A stretch of DNA of 64,000 bases from Vicinamibacterales bacterium (GTDB taxonomy: Bacteria; Acidobacteriota; Vicinamibacteria; Vicinamibacterales; SCN-69-37): the NCBI GenBank assembly GCA_039925145.1, contig JBDSZL010000087.1, positions 50,222 to 114,221 on the forward strand, written 5' to 3'. Of this stretch, positions 49,283 to 59,105 are shown piece after piece. The notes under the pieces were generated by a model, which was not told the DNA's origin, ran no database searches, and saw only the letters and a list, made by a program, of their open reading frames with translations. A program made the translations under genes and the position numbers. Positions within the stretch are counted from its first letter, which is position 1. Every line of letters starts with the position of its first letter.

Positions 49283-50752
49283 CTACTTCAGGGGGTTCCC
49301 GTCGGCATCGGACGCCTGCACCGCGCCCAGCTTTCTGAGCACCGGCTGGACCTTCTCCAGATCGCCCACGGCGACGATCTGCAGGCGATCGGCTGCCCAG
49401 TACTTCTGCGCGATTCGCCGCACGTCCGCGGCTGAGAGCGCCTCGATTTTCGCGGGGTAACTGTCCCAGTAGTCGGAAGGCAGCTTGTAGACGTAACGGT
49501 CGATGTAGAGGTTCAGGATGGCGTTCGGATTCTCGAGTGAGAGCGCGAATCCCGCCACAATGGCTTTCTTGGCCTTGGCCATTTCGGCATCGGCCACCGG
49601 AACGTCGCGCATCTGGCGAATCTCGTCGATCAGATCCGTCAACGCCGGCTCGGTCACCTCCGAACGTACGTCGGTGGACGCGGCCCAGCCGCCGCGGATT
49701 CGCGACGCCGCAAACGCGCTGTTCGCGCCGTACGTGTAGCCTTTCTGCTCGCGAAGGTGCTCGAACAGCCGGCCGAATGGCCCGCCGATAATGCGGTTTG
49801 CGAGCGTGAGTGCCTCATAGTCGGGATTGGTCCGCTCGATGGCCTGCGTCCCTATGCGTAGGCTCGTCTGCACCGAGTTCGGGCGCGCGACCAGGGAAAT
49901 CGACGGACCGTTCAGCGGCGCGGGATCGACCTGCGCGACCAGTGGGGTGCCTGACTTCTTCCAGCCGCCAAAAGCCGCCTCAGCCTTCGACTTCGCCTGA
50001 GCCATGGAGATATCGCCGGAGACGGCAAGCACGGCACGATCGGGGACGTAATGGTCGCGATGGAACGCGACGAGCACCTCGCGCGTGAGGGCGTCGAGTG
50101 CAGCGGCGGTCGGTGAAACGCGCCCTGAGGGATGGTCGCCGTACAGCACCCGGTTCAGCCGCTCCTGCGCGAGAAAGGCCGGCTGCGTGCGCTGCTGCAC
50201 CAGACCAGCACGGGTCCGTGTCTTATATCGATCGATTTCCGCTTGCGTGAACGACGGATTCAGCAACACGTCGGCCATCACGGCCAGCACGGTGTCCAGA
50301 TTGTTCGTGAGCCCGCTGCCGCCGACGGTGGCGAACGGTGACGATATGCCGGCCCCGACGTTCACTCCCGCCGCGAGCCGGTCGAGCTGTTCCGACAGCT
50401 GCTCCGAGGTCTTCGTCGTCGTGCCCTCGCGCATGAGCGCGGCCGTGAACGAGGCGAGTCCGGGCAGCGCTGGTGGATCGTAGTAGCCGCCAGCTCCTTC
50501 GATGAGCATCTGGAAGCTGACCTCGGGAGTCCGGTGATCCTCGAGCACGATCAGGTGCACGCCGTTAGACAGGTCCGCTTCGCCGGGTTTTGGCAGCTTG
50601 ACCCTCAGAATCTCCGAGTTGACCGGCGCCTTGTTCTTGAGAACCGTGCCCTCTGCCTTGGTCGCGGGCGGAGCGCCAGGCGGCGGCTGCTGCGCCCCGG
50701 TCACGCCCCCGAACATCAACACCACAGTGACGATGAGCCCCTGACGCGTCAT
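49283..50752 (-). CDS. M16 peptidase non-catalytic subunit
   Basis: LSNG, no HxxEH, RLFEHLREQKGYTYG; signal peptide. Confidence 0.87.
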   Translation of the reverse strand: MTRQGLIVTVVLMFGGVTGAQQPPPGAPPATKAEGTVLKNKAPVNSEILRVKLPKPGEADLSNGVHLIVLEDHRTPEVSFQMLIEGAGGYYDPPALPGLASFTAALMREGTTTKTSEQLSEQLDRLAAGVNVGAGISSPFATVGGSGLTNNLDTVLAVMADVLLNPSFTQAEIDRYKTRTRAGLVQQRTQPAFLAQERLNRVLYGDHPSGRVSPTAAALDALTREVLVAFHRDHYVPDRAVLAVSGDISMAQAKSKAEAAFGGWKKSGTPLVAQVDPAPLNGPSISLVARPNSVQTSLRIGTQAIERTNPDYEALTLANRIIGGPFGRLFEHLREQKGYTYGANSAFAASRIRGGWAASTDVRSEVTEPALTDLIDEIRQMRDVPVADAEMAKAKKAIVAGFALSLENPNAILNLYIDRYVYKLPSDYWDSYPAKIEALSAADVRRIAQKYWAADRLQIVAVGDLEKVQPVLRKLGAVQASDADGNPLK

Positions 50753-52095
50753 TTCTGACCTCCCGCGGGTACCGCGGCTTTAGGCATCGTAATGACCACC
50801 GAGCGGTTCTCCCGCGTCAAATATTTTTTCGCCACGCGCTGCACGTCGGCCACTGTCACCTTCAGAACCTTCTCCGTGTACGTATTGATCAGGCCGGGAT
50901 CGTCGAAGAACATGGCAAATTCGCCAAGCTGCATGGCGCGAGTGAGCGTGCTCGTCGCGGCAGCCGCCTGGTTCCGTCGTGCGCCGTTGTGGGCCTTCTC
51001 GATTTCCCACGCGGCGATTGGCCCGACCTTTACCTTCTCGATTTCTTCATACATGGCCGCTTCGACGTCCGCTGGGCTCTTGCCCGGCGCCACCATGGAC
51101 GACGCTGAGATCAGCCCCGGGCCCTTGCTGCTCGAGGAATAGATGGACGCACTGGTGGCGAGCTGTTTCTCTCGCACGATCACCTGATTGAGCCGCGAGC
51201 TGCGGCCCGCCGACAGCACGTCGGTCAGCACGTCGAGTGCGGCGCTGTCAACCGTCTGGGCCGGCGGTCCAATCCAGACGACGTCGATGCGCGGCAGACG
51301 GGCGAGCGGGTCCTCAATCGTGCTGCGCCGCTCCGCGGCGTGTGTCGGCTCGGTGAGGTCGGGTCGCTTCGGATCGGGCTCACGCGGAATGCTCCCAAAA
51401 TACTTCTCCACGAGGGCCATCGTCTTCTTGGCGTCGACGTCGCCGACGATCGCAAGCACGGCGTTGTTCGGCGCGTAATAGGTCTTGAAGAACGACGACA
51501 CATCCTCTACCGACGCGCTGTTCAGATCGGCCATCGATCCGATCACCGAATGCTTATACGCAGGATTGTCGTAGGCCTGCTCACCCGTCTTCTCGTACGT
51601 CTGGCCATACGGCTGGTTGTCGACGCGGAGACGCCGCTCTTCCTGCACCGCACCGCGCTGGTTATCGAGGTTGGCGTTGGTGATGTCGAGCGACCGCATC
51701 CGATCCGCTTCGAGAAAGAGCGCGAGCTCGAGCTGGTTGGCCGGCAGCGTCTCGTAGTACACCGTGCGGTCCTGGTTCGTCGTGCCGTTCATCGACCCGC
51801 CGTTACCGAAGATCAGCGCGGGATGCTCCCCAGATCCGACGTTTGCGGATCCCTTGAACATCATGTGCTCGAACAGGTGCGCGAACCCCGTGCGCCCGGC
51901 TTTCTCGTCTGCGGATCCGACGAAGTAGTTCACCGTTACCGACACGGTGGGCGCCGTGTGGTCCTCGGAAATGATGACGCGGAGGCCGTTCTTCAACTTC
52001 GCGTCGCTGAACTTGATGACAGGCCCGTCGGCGGCTGCTACTGAGACGCTTGCCAGCAGCACGACCCCCGTGGCGGCACGGCGTAAGAGATGCAT
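50749..52095 (-). CDS. M16 peptidase catalytic subunit
   Basis: GFAHLFEH, NGTTNQDRT, EERR, YYAPNNA; signal peptide; AGGAGG SD before ATG 52095. Confidence 0.9.
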   Translation of the reverse strand: MHLLRRAATGVVLLASVSVAAADGPVIKFSDAKLKNGLRVIISEDHTAPTVSVTVNYFVGSADEKAGRTGFAHLFEHMMFKGSANVGSGEHPALIFGNGGSMNGTTNQDRTVYYETLPANQLELALFLEADRMRSLDITNANLDNQRGAVQEERRLRVDNQPYGQTYEKTGEQAYDNPAYKHSVIGSMADLNSASVEDVSSFFKTYYAPNNAVLAIVGDVDAKKTMALVEKYFGSIPREPDPKRPDLTEPTHAAERRSTIEDPLARLPRIDVVWIGPPAQTVDSAALDVLTDVLSAGRSSRLNQVIVREKQLATSASIYSSSSKGPGLISASSMVAPGKSPADVEAAMYEEIEKVKVGPIAAWEIEKAHNGARRNQAAAATSTLTRAMQLGEFAMFFDDPGLINTYTEKVLKVTVADVQRVAKKYLTRENRSVVITMPKAAVPAGGQK

Positions 52096-52186
52096 GGTCC
52101 CCTCCTGCTCTGCGGTAGAGCCTGAGGTTACACCGGCCGCGCACGGGATGGTAGCGGTGCACACGGACCCACGCGGAACGGCTGCG

Positions 52187-54253
52187 CTACCCGACGAGCG
52201 CCAGCGCCGCCTCAACCATGGCGTCGGCGGTGAGTCCGTGATGCTGATAGAGCTGTTCGGCCATGTACGCAGACTGCCCGAACTGCCCCTTGATGCCGAG
52301 CGTGCGCGTGCGATGCGCGATGCCTGCCTCGGACAGGGCGTGCGACAACTGCGCGCCCATTCCGCCGATGATCTGGTGGTCTTCAATCGTCACCAGTCGA
52401 CCTTGCGCCGTCTTCACAGCGCTGCCGATGGTCTCGACGTCCACGACGTTGATGAACGGGTTGTTGATGACCGTGGCGTGCACCCCCCGCGCCGCGAGTG
52501 TCTTGCCAGCCGCGATCGCCTTCTCGAGCAACGGCCCGCACCCGACGAGCACGACGTCGTCGCCCGACGACAGCACCTGGGCCTTGCCCCAGGGGTATGT
52601 CGCGCCCTCGACCCAGCTCAATGGGTAGTTCTCACGACCGACGAAGAAGATGTAGTTATCGCCATCCTTCCCGGCCAGACGATCCGTCGCGACACGGCGG
52701 ATGGCTTCGAGCATGAGCGCCTCTGCTTCGTCGGAGCAGCTCGGGGCAATCACGACCGTGTGCGGAATGGCGCTCGTCGCGGCGAAATAGGTGGTGGCCT
52801 GGTGCGATGCGCCGTCGGCGGCATCCTGAAAGCCGACATGCGAGAACATGGCGATCACCGGTGCCTGCGAGAGCGCCGCCATGGTCAGAGGCAGGTTGCC
52901 CTTCGTGGCGCCGAACTGTCCGAAGGTGTCGATGATGGGGATGAACCCGGCCTTCGAAAACCCCGCGCCGGTGCTCACCATGTTCGCTTCGGCGATCCCG
53001 ACCTCGATGAAGCGATCGGGGAACGTCTTCTGGAACAGGCTGATGCCAGTGGAGCCCTGGACGTCGGCGGAAATGGAATAGACCGGCAGTCCCTCCTGCG
53101 CCGCGCGGATGGCAGCTTTGGCGAGTCCGGTCTGCACCTTGTCTTTCTTGACGCCTGGAGCCGCTGGCGGGGCGGCCGCAGCCTTGGCCTGTTTGGCCGC
53201 GTCCTTCGCTGCCCAGTCGTCGCGGAGTGCCTTGGCCCATCGAGCAAACTCTTCCGGCGTCTCATTGCCGTAGATCTCGTCGACGAACGCGATAATCTTC
53301 TCGGCATTCGGCAGCGGAAAGCCGTGTCCACCCGCCGCATTTTCCATCGTGGACTTTACGCCGTATCCCTTGATGGTCTTGATGAGCAGGCACACGGGCG
53401 CGGCCGGGTTGGCCGTCGCCTGCGCCAGCCCCTGCTCGATGGCGAGGTACAACGCCTGCAGATCGTGGCCGTTCGGCACGCGCAACACGTTCCACCCGAG
53501 CACCGACAGCGCCTCGAACGTCGGCTGCATCGAGAACGCATCCTTGGTGATGCGGCCCGACAGCTTCGTGTCGTTGTCGGAGATCAGCATGACGAAGGGG
53601 TTGACGCGATTCTTCGACGCGAGTCCGGGAATGGCGGCAAATGCCTCCTTGGCCTCGCCCTCCATCGACGCGCCGTCGCTCACGACGCACACGGTGACGC
53701 GGTCGCGCCCCGCCACGCGATCGGCAATGGCCAGGCCCTGCGCCTGCGGCAGAGCCGAGCTCAGCGGGCCGTTGCTCAGCAGAACGCCTTCAGGGTTGAG
53801 GTGTGACTCGCCATGCCCTGTGAGCTTGCTGTCGATGCCGCGGAACCCCTTCAGGTCCTCGAACGTCAGACCTTCGAATCCGTAGTTCGCGCGCAGAGCA
53901 TAGATGCCGTTCTCGGCGTGGCCGGCGTCGTTCACGAAATTGAACGCCTCGAACCAGGGGCGGCCTTCGGTGGCAAACATGATCGCGTGAAGGGCGGCCA
54001 GCATGTCGGCGAACGCCGCCGGACCGCCCCAGTGGCAGGCGGCGCCGCCGTTGACCGCGTGCACGTCCATGAGCGCCACGAGGGCACGGGTCGCGCGCGG
54101 ATCTGCGACGACGACGTCCTGGCCGGCCGCGTTCCTGACGGTGACGGCGTACTTCGGCGGGTGAGCCGGGGTGGCCGCGAGCCGGCTCGTCAGCGCGAGT
54201 GGCTCGAGGGGTGGAGCTTCGACTTTTTGCGCAACAGCAGTATCAACGCCCAT
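52187..54253 (-). CDS. Divergent transketolase-family ThDP enzyme
   Basis: HWGG, AGH, TGHGE, SDGASMEG..SDN, TIKGYG, GIAEANM, DGASHQ, TIEDH..GG. Confidence 0.85.
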   Translation of the reverse strand: MGVDTAVAQKVEAPPLEPLALTSRLAATPAHPPKYAVTVRNAAGQDVVVADPRATRALVALMDVHAVNGGAACHWGGPAAFADMLAALHAIMFATEGRPWFEAFNFVNDAGHAENGIYALRANYGFEGLTFEDLKGFRGIDSKLTGHGESHLNPEGVLLSNGPLSSALPQAQGLAIADRVAGRDRVTVCVVSDGASMEGEAKEAFAAIPGLASKNRVNPFVMLISDNDTKLSGRITKDAFSMQPTFEALSVLGWNVLRVPNGHDLQALYLAIEQGLAQATANPAAPVCLLIKTIKGYGVKSTMENAAGGHGFPLPNAEKIIAFVDEIYGNETPEEFARWAKALRDDWAAKDAAKQAKAAAAPPAAPGVKKDKVQTGLAKAAIRAAQEGLPVYSISADVQGSTGISLFQKTFPDRFIEVGIAEANMVSTGAGFSKAGFIPIIDTFGQFGATKGNLPLTMAALSQAPVIAMFSHVGFQDAADGASHQATTYFAATSAIPHTVVIAPSCSDEAEALMLEAIRRVATDRLAGKDGDNYIFFVGRENYPLSWVEGATYPWGKAQVLSSGDDVVLVGCGPLLEKAIAAGKTLAARGVHATVINNPFINVVDVETIGSAVKTAQGRLVTIEDHQIIGGMGAQLSHALSEAGIAHRTRTLGIKGQFGQSAYMAEQLYQHHGLTADAMVEAALALVG

Positions 54254-54364
54254 ACAGGGCTGATCTTACAACCTGAGCCATTTCGCGCGTGAGCGCGGCG
54301 TTTCGCCCCCGCGGCCACAAGCGGTGAACGGCTCGCGACACCTGAGTCGTGAGGTGGCGGTGAC

Positions 54365-55423
54365 TCACTCGGTGAATTCGCGCGCGAGCTCGACGAACTC
54401 GCCATCGGGCGCCAGCTGGCGATACTCGCGCCAGTGAGGCCGGGCCTCGGCCGACCGGCCCAGCTTCTCGAGCGTGACGGCGAGGTAGAAATGCGCATCC
54501 GGGTAGGCGGGGCTGATGGCCAGAGCGGCGCGGTATGCGGCGATGGCCTCGCCGAAACGGCCGAGGTCGTGATGGATATTCCCCATGTTGAAATGCGCCT
54601 CGAAGCAATCCGGGTCGAGGCGCACGGCCTTCTCGTACAGCGCTTCAGCCTCCACCAGTTCGTCGCGCTCGTAGTAGATGTTGGCGAGATTCACGATCGC
54701 GGGCACCAGTTCCGGATCGAACAGCGCGGCGCGTCGATACGCAGCCGCGGCCGCATCGAGATCGCGCCGCTCGCCATCGTCGAGCTGGGCACCCTCCAAA
54801 AAATACTGTGCGGCGAGTGACCGATTGGCCGCGGCCAGCTCGGCGGCGCGATCGGCCGCGAAGAGCGAGGCTTGCGGCGCCGGCGTCTGCTTGGTGGTGA
54901 GCGACACGACGCGCGCGGCGGGTCGATCGACGTGCGCCTGAAAGTCGAGCGCCAGCTGTCCCTGCCGTTGGGCGGACAACGTGCGAAGCAGTGCCGCCAG
55001 CGTCACGCCGCGTTCGATTTCACTCGCGGCCTGCCGGACCACGTGGACGTCGGCGAACGAATATCGCCCGACCACTGGACGCACGAGACCCCAGCGGGTC
55101 AGGTAGTGCAGGTGGTCGTCAGTGACGACCGGGTACATGCCTCGAACGTCGCGGGCCGAGTAGTACTGAGAGCGCAGAGTGGTCAGATCGGGAAGTCCCG
55201 CCGCCAAGCAGAGCTCGTTCTCCCCCATCACTCGAGTACCCGCGGGCAGATCGACGACTTCCGAAGTCGAGACCACGACGGAGGTACGGGTCGTCAACTC
55301 CGGCGCGAACGTGCCGCCCAGCCGCTCGACGACCGACCGGACATCACGCTTCGTGAGCAGTGACAACCGTCCAACGACAGTGACCTGCAGCCCCGAGAAC
55401 GGTTGATCCGTTGATGTCGCCAC
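54365..55423 (-). CDS. BRCT-like + MerR-like wHTH + TPR protein
   Basis: N-terminal FSGLQVTVVGRL..KRD...VERLGG...TTRTSVVV; YSARDV...WGLVRP...YSFADV; about 4 TPRs (AIVNLANIYY, AHFNMGNIHH, AHFYLA). Confidence 0.75.
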   Translation of the reverse strand: MATSTDQPFSGLQVTVVGRLSLLTKRDVRSVVERLGGTFAPELTTRTSVVVSTSEVVDLPAGTRVMGENELCLAAGLPDLTTLRSQYYSARDVRGMYPVVTDDHLHYLTRWGLVRPVVGRYSFADVHVVRQAASEIERGVTLAALLRTLSAQRQGQLALDFQAHVDRPAARVVSLTTKQTPAPQASLFAADRAAELAAANRSLAAQYFLEGAQLDDGERRDLDAAAAAYRRAALFDPELVPAIVNLANIYYERDELVEAEALYEKAVRLDPDCFEAHFNMGNIHHDLGRFGEAIAAYRAALAISPAYPDAHFYLAVTLEKLGRSAEARPHWREYRQLAPDGEFVELAREFTE

Positions 55424-55489
55424 GCAGGCGTCACGATGAATCCGCTTTGCCGAGATGTCAAGAAGTGGGATTTGCCTCTATCATTCCTC

Positions 55490-56473
55490 ATGCTTCTCGC
55501 CGCGGATATCGGAGGGACCAAGACGCTGATTGCGCTGTTCGATCGCGGGCCGCATCGGCCCATCGCGACGGTCACGCGCGAGTACGTCACATTGGATTTC
55601 GAGAGCTTCGAAGAGCTGGTCGACACGTTCATCGACGAAACCGGCGCGGATCACATCGAAGCCGTCTGTGCGGGTGTGGCCGGTCCGATTACGGGACAGG
55701 TCGCGCGGCTCACTAATGGGTCGTGGTTCGCGGACATCGCCGCCGTGGCCCGGCGCGTGGGCGACTGCCCTGCCACTCTGGCCAACGACCTGCAGGCGAT
55801 GGCCGCCGCCGTTCCCGTGCTCGAGCCCACCGAGATTCGAGTGCTGCAGGAGGGGATTGCGGCGCCCGGAGGGAATGCCGCGATTCTGGCCGCGGGCACT
55901 GGGATGGGCCAGGCCCTCCTGCACAACCTGAACGGTCAGTTCGTGCCCGTCGCATCCGAGGGTGGCCATGCCGATTTTGCCGCAAGGACCAAGCGCGAGA
56001 TCGCCCTCGTCGAGGAACTATCCCGCATCTACGGCCGGGTCGAGGTCGAGCGTGTGCTCTCGGGCCGCGGTCTCGTGAACCTGTTCCGCTTCACGCACGG
56101 CTCACAGGACCTGCGCACGGCGTGCGCGGAGGTCGGTGGCGAGCTGGATGAAAACGAGATAGCGCCGGCCATCAGCGCCTGCGCGCTGGCGCGCCGTTGC
56201 GAGCAATGTGTCGAGGCGCTCCAGATGTTCGCCGAAGCCTATGGCGCAGAGGCAGGCAACCTCGGATTGCGCTGCATGGCCACCGCTGGCGTATATGTCG
56301 GCGGTGGGATCGCGCCGAAGATCCTGCCGGCGCTCGAGGATGGCCGCTTCATGGATGCGTTCTTGAGCAAAGACCCGATGGTCGACCTGCTGCGGACGCT
56401 GCCGGTGCGGGTGATTCTCAATCCCGCGGCGGGCCTTCTCGGCGCCGCGATTCTCGCGTCGCAACTCGACTGA
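55490..56473 (+). CDS. glk: Glucokinase
   Basis: ADIGGTKT, GVAGP, LTN, NDL, GTGMG, SEGGH, ERVLSGRG, GGIAPK. Confidence 0.93.
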   Translation: MLLAADIGGTKTLIALFDRGPHRPIATVTREYVTLDFESFEELVDTFIDETGADHIEAVCAGVAGPITGQVARLTNGSWFADIAAVARRVGDCPATLANDLQAMAAAVPVLEPTEIRVLQEGIAAPGGNAAILAAGTGMGQALLHNLNGQFVPVASEGGHADFAARTKREIALVEELSRIYGRVEVERVLSGRGLVNLFRFTHGSQDLRTACAEVGGELDENEIAPAISACALARRCEQCVEALQMFAEAYGAEAGNLGLRCMATAGVYVGGGIAPKILPALEDGRFMDAFLSKDPMVDLLRTLPVRVILNPAAGLLGAAILASQLD

Positions 56474-56526
56474 TCGCCGGCCCCGCCGCGCCCCTGAGAG
56501 AGCCGGATCGGCCGGTTGCGGGGCAG

Positions 56527-57822
56527 CTACCTGAGCAGTCGTGAGATGTCATTGACGATCACAGTGACCATCAGCAGGACGATCATCGCGGCGCCGGCCA
56601 TGAGCATCCGCTCCTTGACGCGCAGGCTGAGGTCGCGCCGCGCCAGCCCTTCGATCGCCAGAATGGCAATGTGACCGCCATCGAGCACCGGCACCGGCAT
56701 CAGGTTCAACAGCCCGAGGTTGAGGCTGATCATCGCCATCAGATTGAAGATGGCAATCCAGCCGATCTGCGCGGCATTGCCCGACATCTCGGCAATTGCC
56801 ACCGGCCCCATCAACTGGCGGACTGGTGTGTCGCGCGTGAACAGTCCACGCAACGTCTTACCAATGAGGACCGTGCTGTCCCAGTTCTGTTTCAGGCTCA
56901 GTTTGAAGGCCTGCGGCAATGTGGGATCGATACGGCGGGTCTCGTATGGGCTGATGGCCACGCCGATGCGGGCTGCCCCGTCTGGGCCTTCCGGCACGAC
57001 AGTCACCTCGGAAGGCTGCCCTCCACGCTCGACAGTCACGACCAACGGCTTGCCGGGGCTGCTGCTGATCCGCTTGATGATCTCCTCTTGCGAGAGATCG
57101 CGCTCGCCATTGATGGCCAGCAGCACATCGCCGTGCTGCAGTCCGGCGCGATCGGCGGCTGTATGCTGGTTGACCGCGACAATCTGGGGACGAAGCAGCG
57201 GCTTGATTCCGAGGTCACCCAGCTCGTACTTGCCGAAGGCGGTGGGCGTCACGCGCACATCCGTGCGTGTCCCCTCGCGCATGACCTCGATCACCAGCTC
57301 GCGGCCTGCTCTCGGCAGCACCGCCATGTTCAGGGCGTCCCACGACGGGACATCCTTCCCATCGACGCGCGTCACCCGGTCGCCGGCGCGTAAACCGCTG
57401 CCGGCCGCGGGGCTGTTCGGCGCCACGCTGCCGATGATCGGCGCCGAGTTCTCAAACAGCGGCACATCGGCTCCGCGGGACAGCACGCCGGCCAGCACGA
57501 TGATCGCCAGCAGGATGTTCATGATCGGCCCGGCGATGTACACCTGAAACCGAACCCACTTGCTCTTGGACAGAAACTCGTCAGGAGAGCCGGTTCGTGC
57601 CTCGTCGACCGTCTCGCCTGCCAGCTTCACGTAACCGCCCAGCGGGACGACACTGATGCAGTACTCGGTGTCGCCGCGCCTGAATTTGGCGATCTTCGGG
57701 CCGAACCCAAGCGAAAAGGTGATGACGCGCACGCCATGCCAGCGAGCGACGAGGAAGTGCCCCAGCTCGTGCACGAAGACGAGCACGCCAAGGACGAACA
57801 GAAACGACAGCAGTGTTGTCAT
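56527..57822 (-). CDS. rseP: RIP metalloprotease RseP
   Basis: HELGH, FSLGFG, PLGGYV, two PDZ domains, NLMPVPVLDGG. Confidence 0.95.
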   Translation of the reverse strand: MTTLLSFLFVLGVLVFVHELGHFLVARWHGVRVITFSLGFGPKIAKFRRGDTEYCISVVPLGGYVKLAGETVDEARTGSPDEFLSKSKWVRFQVYIAGPIMNILLAIIVLAGVLSRGADVPLFENSAPIIGSVAPNSPAAGSGLRAGDRVTRVDGKDVPSWDALNMAVLPRAGRELVIEVMREGTRTDVRVTPTAFGKYELGDLGIKPLLRPQIVAVNQHTAADRAGLQHGDVLLAINGERDLSQEEIIKRISSSPGKPLVVTVERGGQPSEVTVVPEGPDGAARIGVAISPYETRRIDPTLPQAFKLSLKQNWDSTVLIGKTLRGLFTRDTPVRQLMGPVAIAEMSGNAAQIGWIAIFNLMAMISLNLGLLNLMPVPVLDGGHIAILAIEGLARRDLSLRVKERMLMAGAAMIVLLMVTVIVNDISRLLR

Positions 57823-57892
57823 CTATTACTGCCGGCAGTCGGTCGCCGGCCTCAATGCGTGTATCCCACCAGATCCTGGGCGGGATTGGTAC

Positions 57893-59068
57893 TTAGGACG
57901 ATGGTAGCGTACGGATCGTTTCGGCCGTGAACGCCCGGGCCCACGCATCGGCGGCGCGGATGGCCTCGAGGGAGGCCGGATCGTCCACGTGTTGCGCGTG
58001 CGCGTCGAGCGCGCGGGCTATCACCGTCGGGATGGCCTGGAAGCCGAGGCGCCCCTCCAGGAATGCCGCGACCGCCAGTTCATTGGAGGCGTTCAAGACA
58101 ATCGGCGCGGCCCCGCCCTGCGCCAACGCGTCGTAGGCGAGCCGCAAGCAGGGAAACCGTTCGAGATCAGGCGGCACGAACTCGAGCGGGCCCGTCTGCG
58201 TGACCTCGAGCCGGGGAACAGCCGCCGGCCAGCGATCGGGATACGAGAACGCGTACTGAATCGGCAGCCGCATGTCTGTCACTCCGAGCTGCGCAATCAC
58301 CGACCCGTCGCATAGCTCGACCATCGAGTGCACCACCGATTGCGGATGCACGACGACGTCGATCTCATGGCCTGGCACGTCGAACAGCCAGCGCGCCTCG
58401 ATCACCTCGAGGCCCTTGTTCATGAGCGTGGCCGAATCGATGGTGATCTTGCGACCCATCTGCCACGTGGGATGGCGAAGCGCATCCGCCGGGGTGACCG
58501 TGGCGAGATCCGCGGCTGACTTGGTGCGGAAAGGACCACCCGACGCGGTGAGAATCAGGCGCCGCACTTCCCCCCGATCCCGGCCGTGCAGACACTGGTG
58601 AATCGCGTTGTGCTCGCTGTCGACCGGCAGGATGCGCACGTGCTGCCGTCGCGCGGCGTCCATCATGAGCTCCCCGGCCATGACGAGCACTTCTTTGTTC
58701 GCGAGCGCCAGCGTCTTGCCGGCAGCCAGTGCCGCCAACGCCGCCTCGAGCCCCGCCGTGCCGGAAGAGGCGCACAGCACCACGTCGGCGTCGGGATGCG
58801 TCGCCACGTCAACGAGCCCTTCGCAGCCCGGCGCGCGCAACTCGACCGCGGTGCCTGTCAGACGCGCCCGTAGATCGGTATGGGCGCCCGGCGTGGCCAC
58901 CGAGACGATCTGGGGCCTGAATGCACGAACCTGCTCGGCGAGCAACGCCGTGTTCTCGCCCGCAGACAAGGCCACCACTCGCAACCGATCGGGGTGCGCG
59001 GCGACGACGGCAAGCGCGCTCTGACCGATGGAACCAGTAGAGCCGAGAATCGACACACGCTTCAACAT
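57893..59068 (-). CDS. dxr: 1-deoxy-D-xylulose-5-phosphate reductoisomerase
   Basis: LGSTGSIG, LANKE, PVDSEH, TASGGPF, HPTWQMG, DSATLMNKGLE, NASNE. Confidence 0.97.
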   Translation of the reverse strand: MLKRVSILGSTGSIGQSALAVVAAHPDRLRVVALSAGENTALLAEQVRAFRPQIVSVATPGAHTDLRARLTGTAVELRAPGCEGLVDVATHPDADVVLCASSGTAGLEAALAALAAGKTLALANKEVLVMAGELMMDAARRQHVRILPVDSEHNAIHQCLHGRDRGEVRRLILTASGGPFRTKSAADLATVTPADALRHPTWQMGRKITIDSATLMNKGLEVIEARWLFDVPGHEIDVVVHPQSVVHSMVELCDGSVIAQLGVTDMRLPIQYAFSYPDRWPAAVPRLEVTQTGPLEFVPPDLERFPCLRLAYDALAQGGAAPIVLNASNELAVAAFLEGRLGFQAIPTVIARALDAHAQHVDDPASLEAIRAADAWARAFTAETIRTLPSS

Positions 59069-59105
59069 GCGTCTCCAACGATCGGGTCGCGCGCCGAGCG
59101 GCGCA

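Noticed and set aside
51947-53806. Long antisense or alternate-frame ORFs (this 619-aa one, also 39588-41243, 22964-24430, 7985-9340, 400-1608 and others)
   Set aside because: They are shadows of well-supported genes in high-GC DNA; Arg/Ala/Pro-rich with no family motifs
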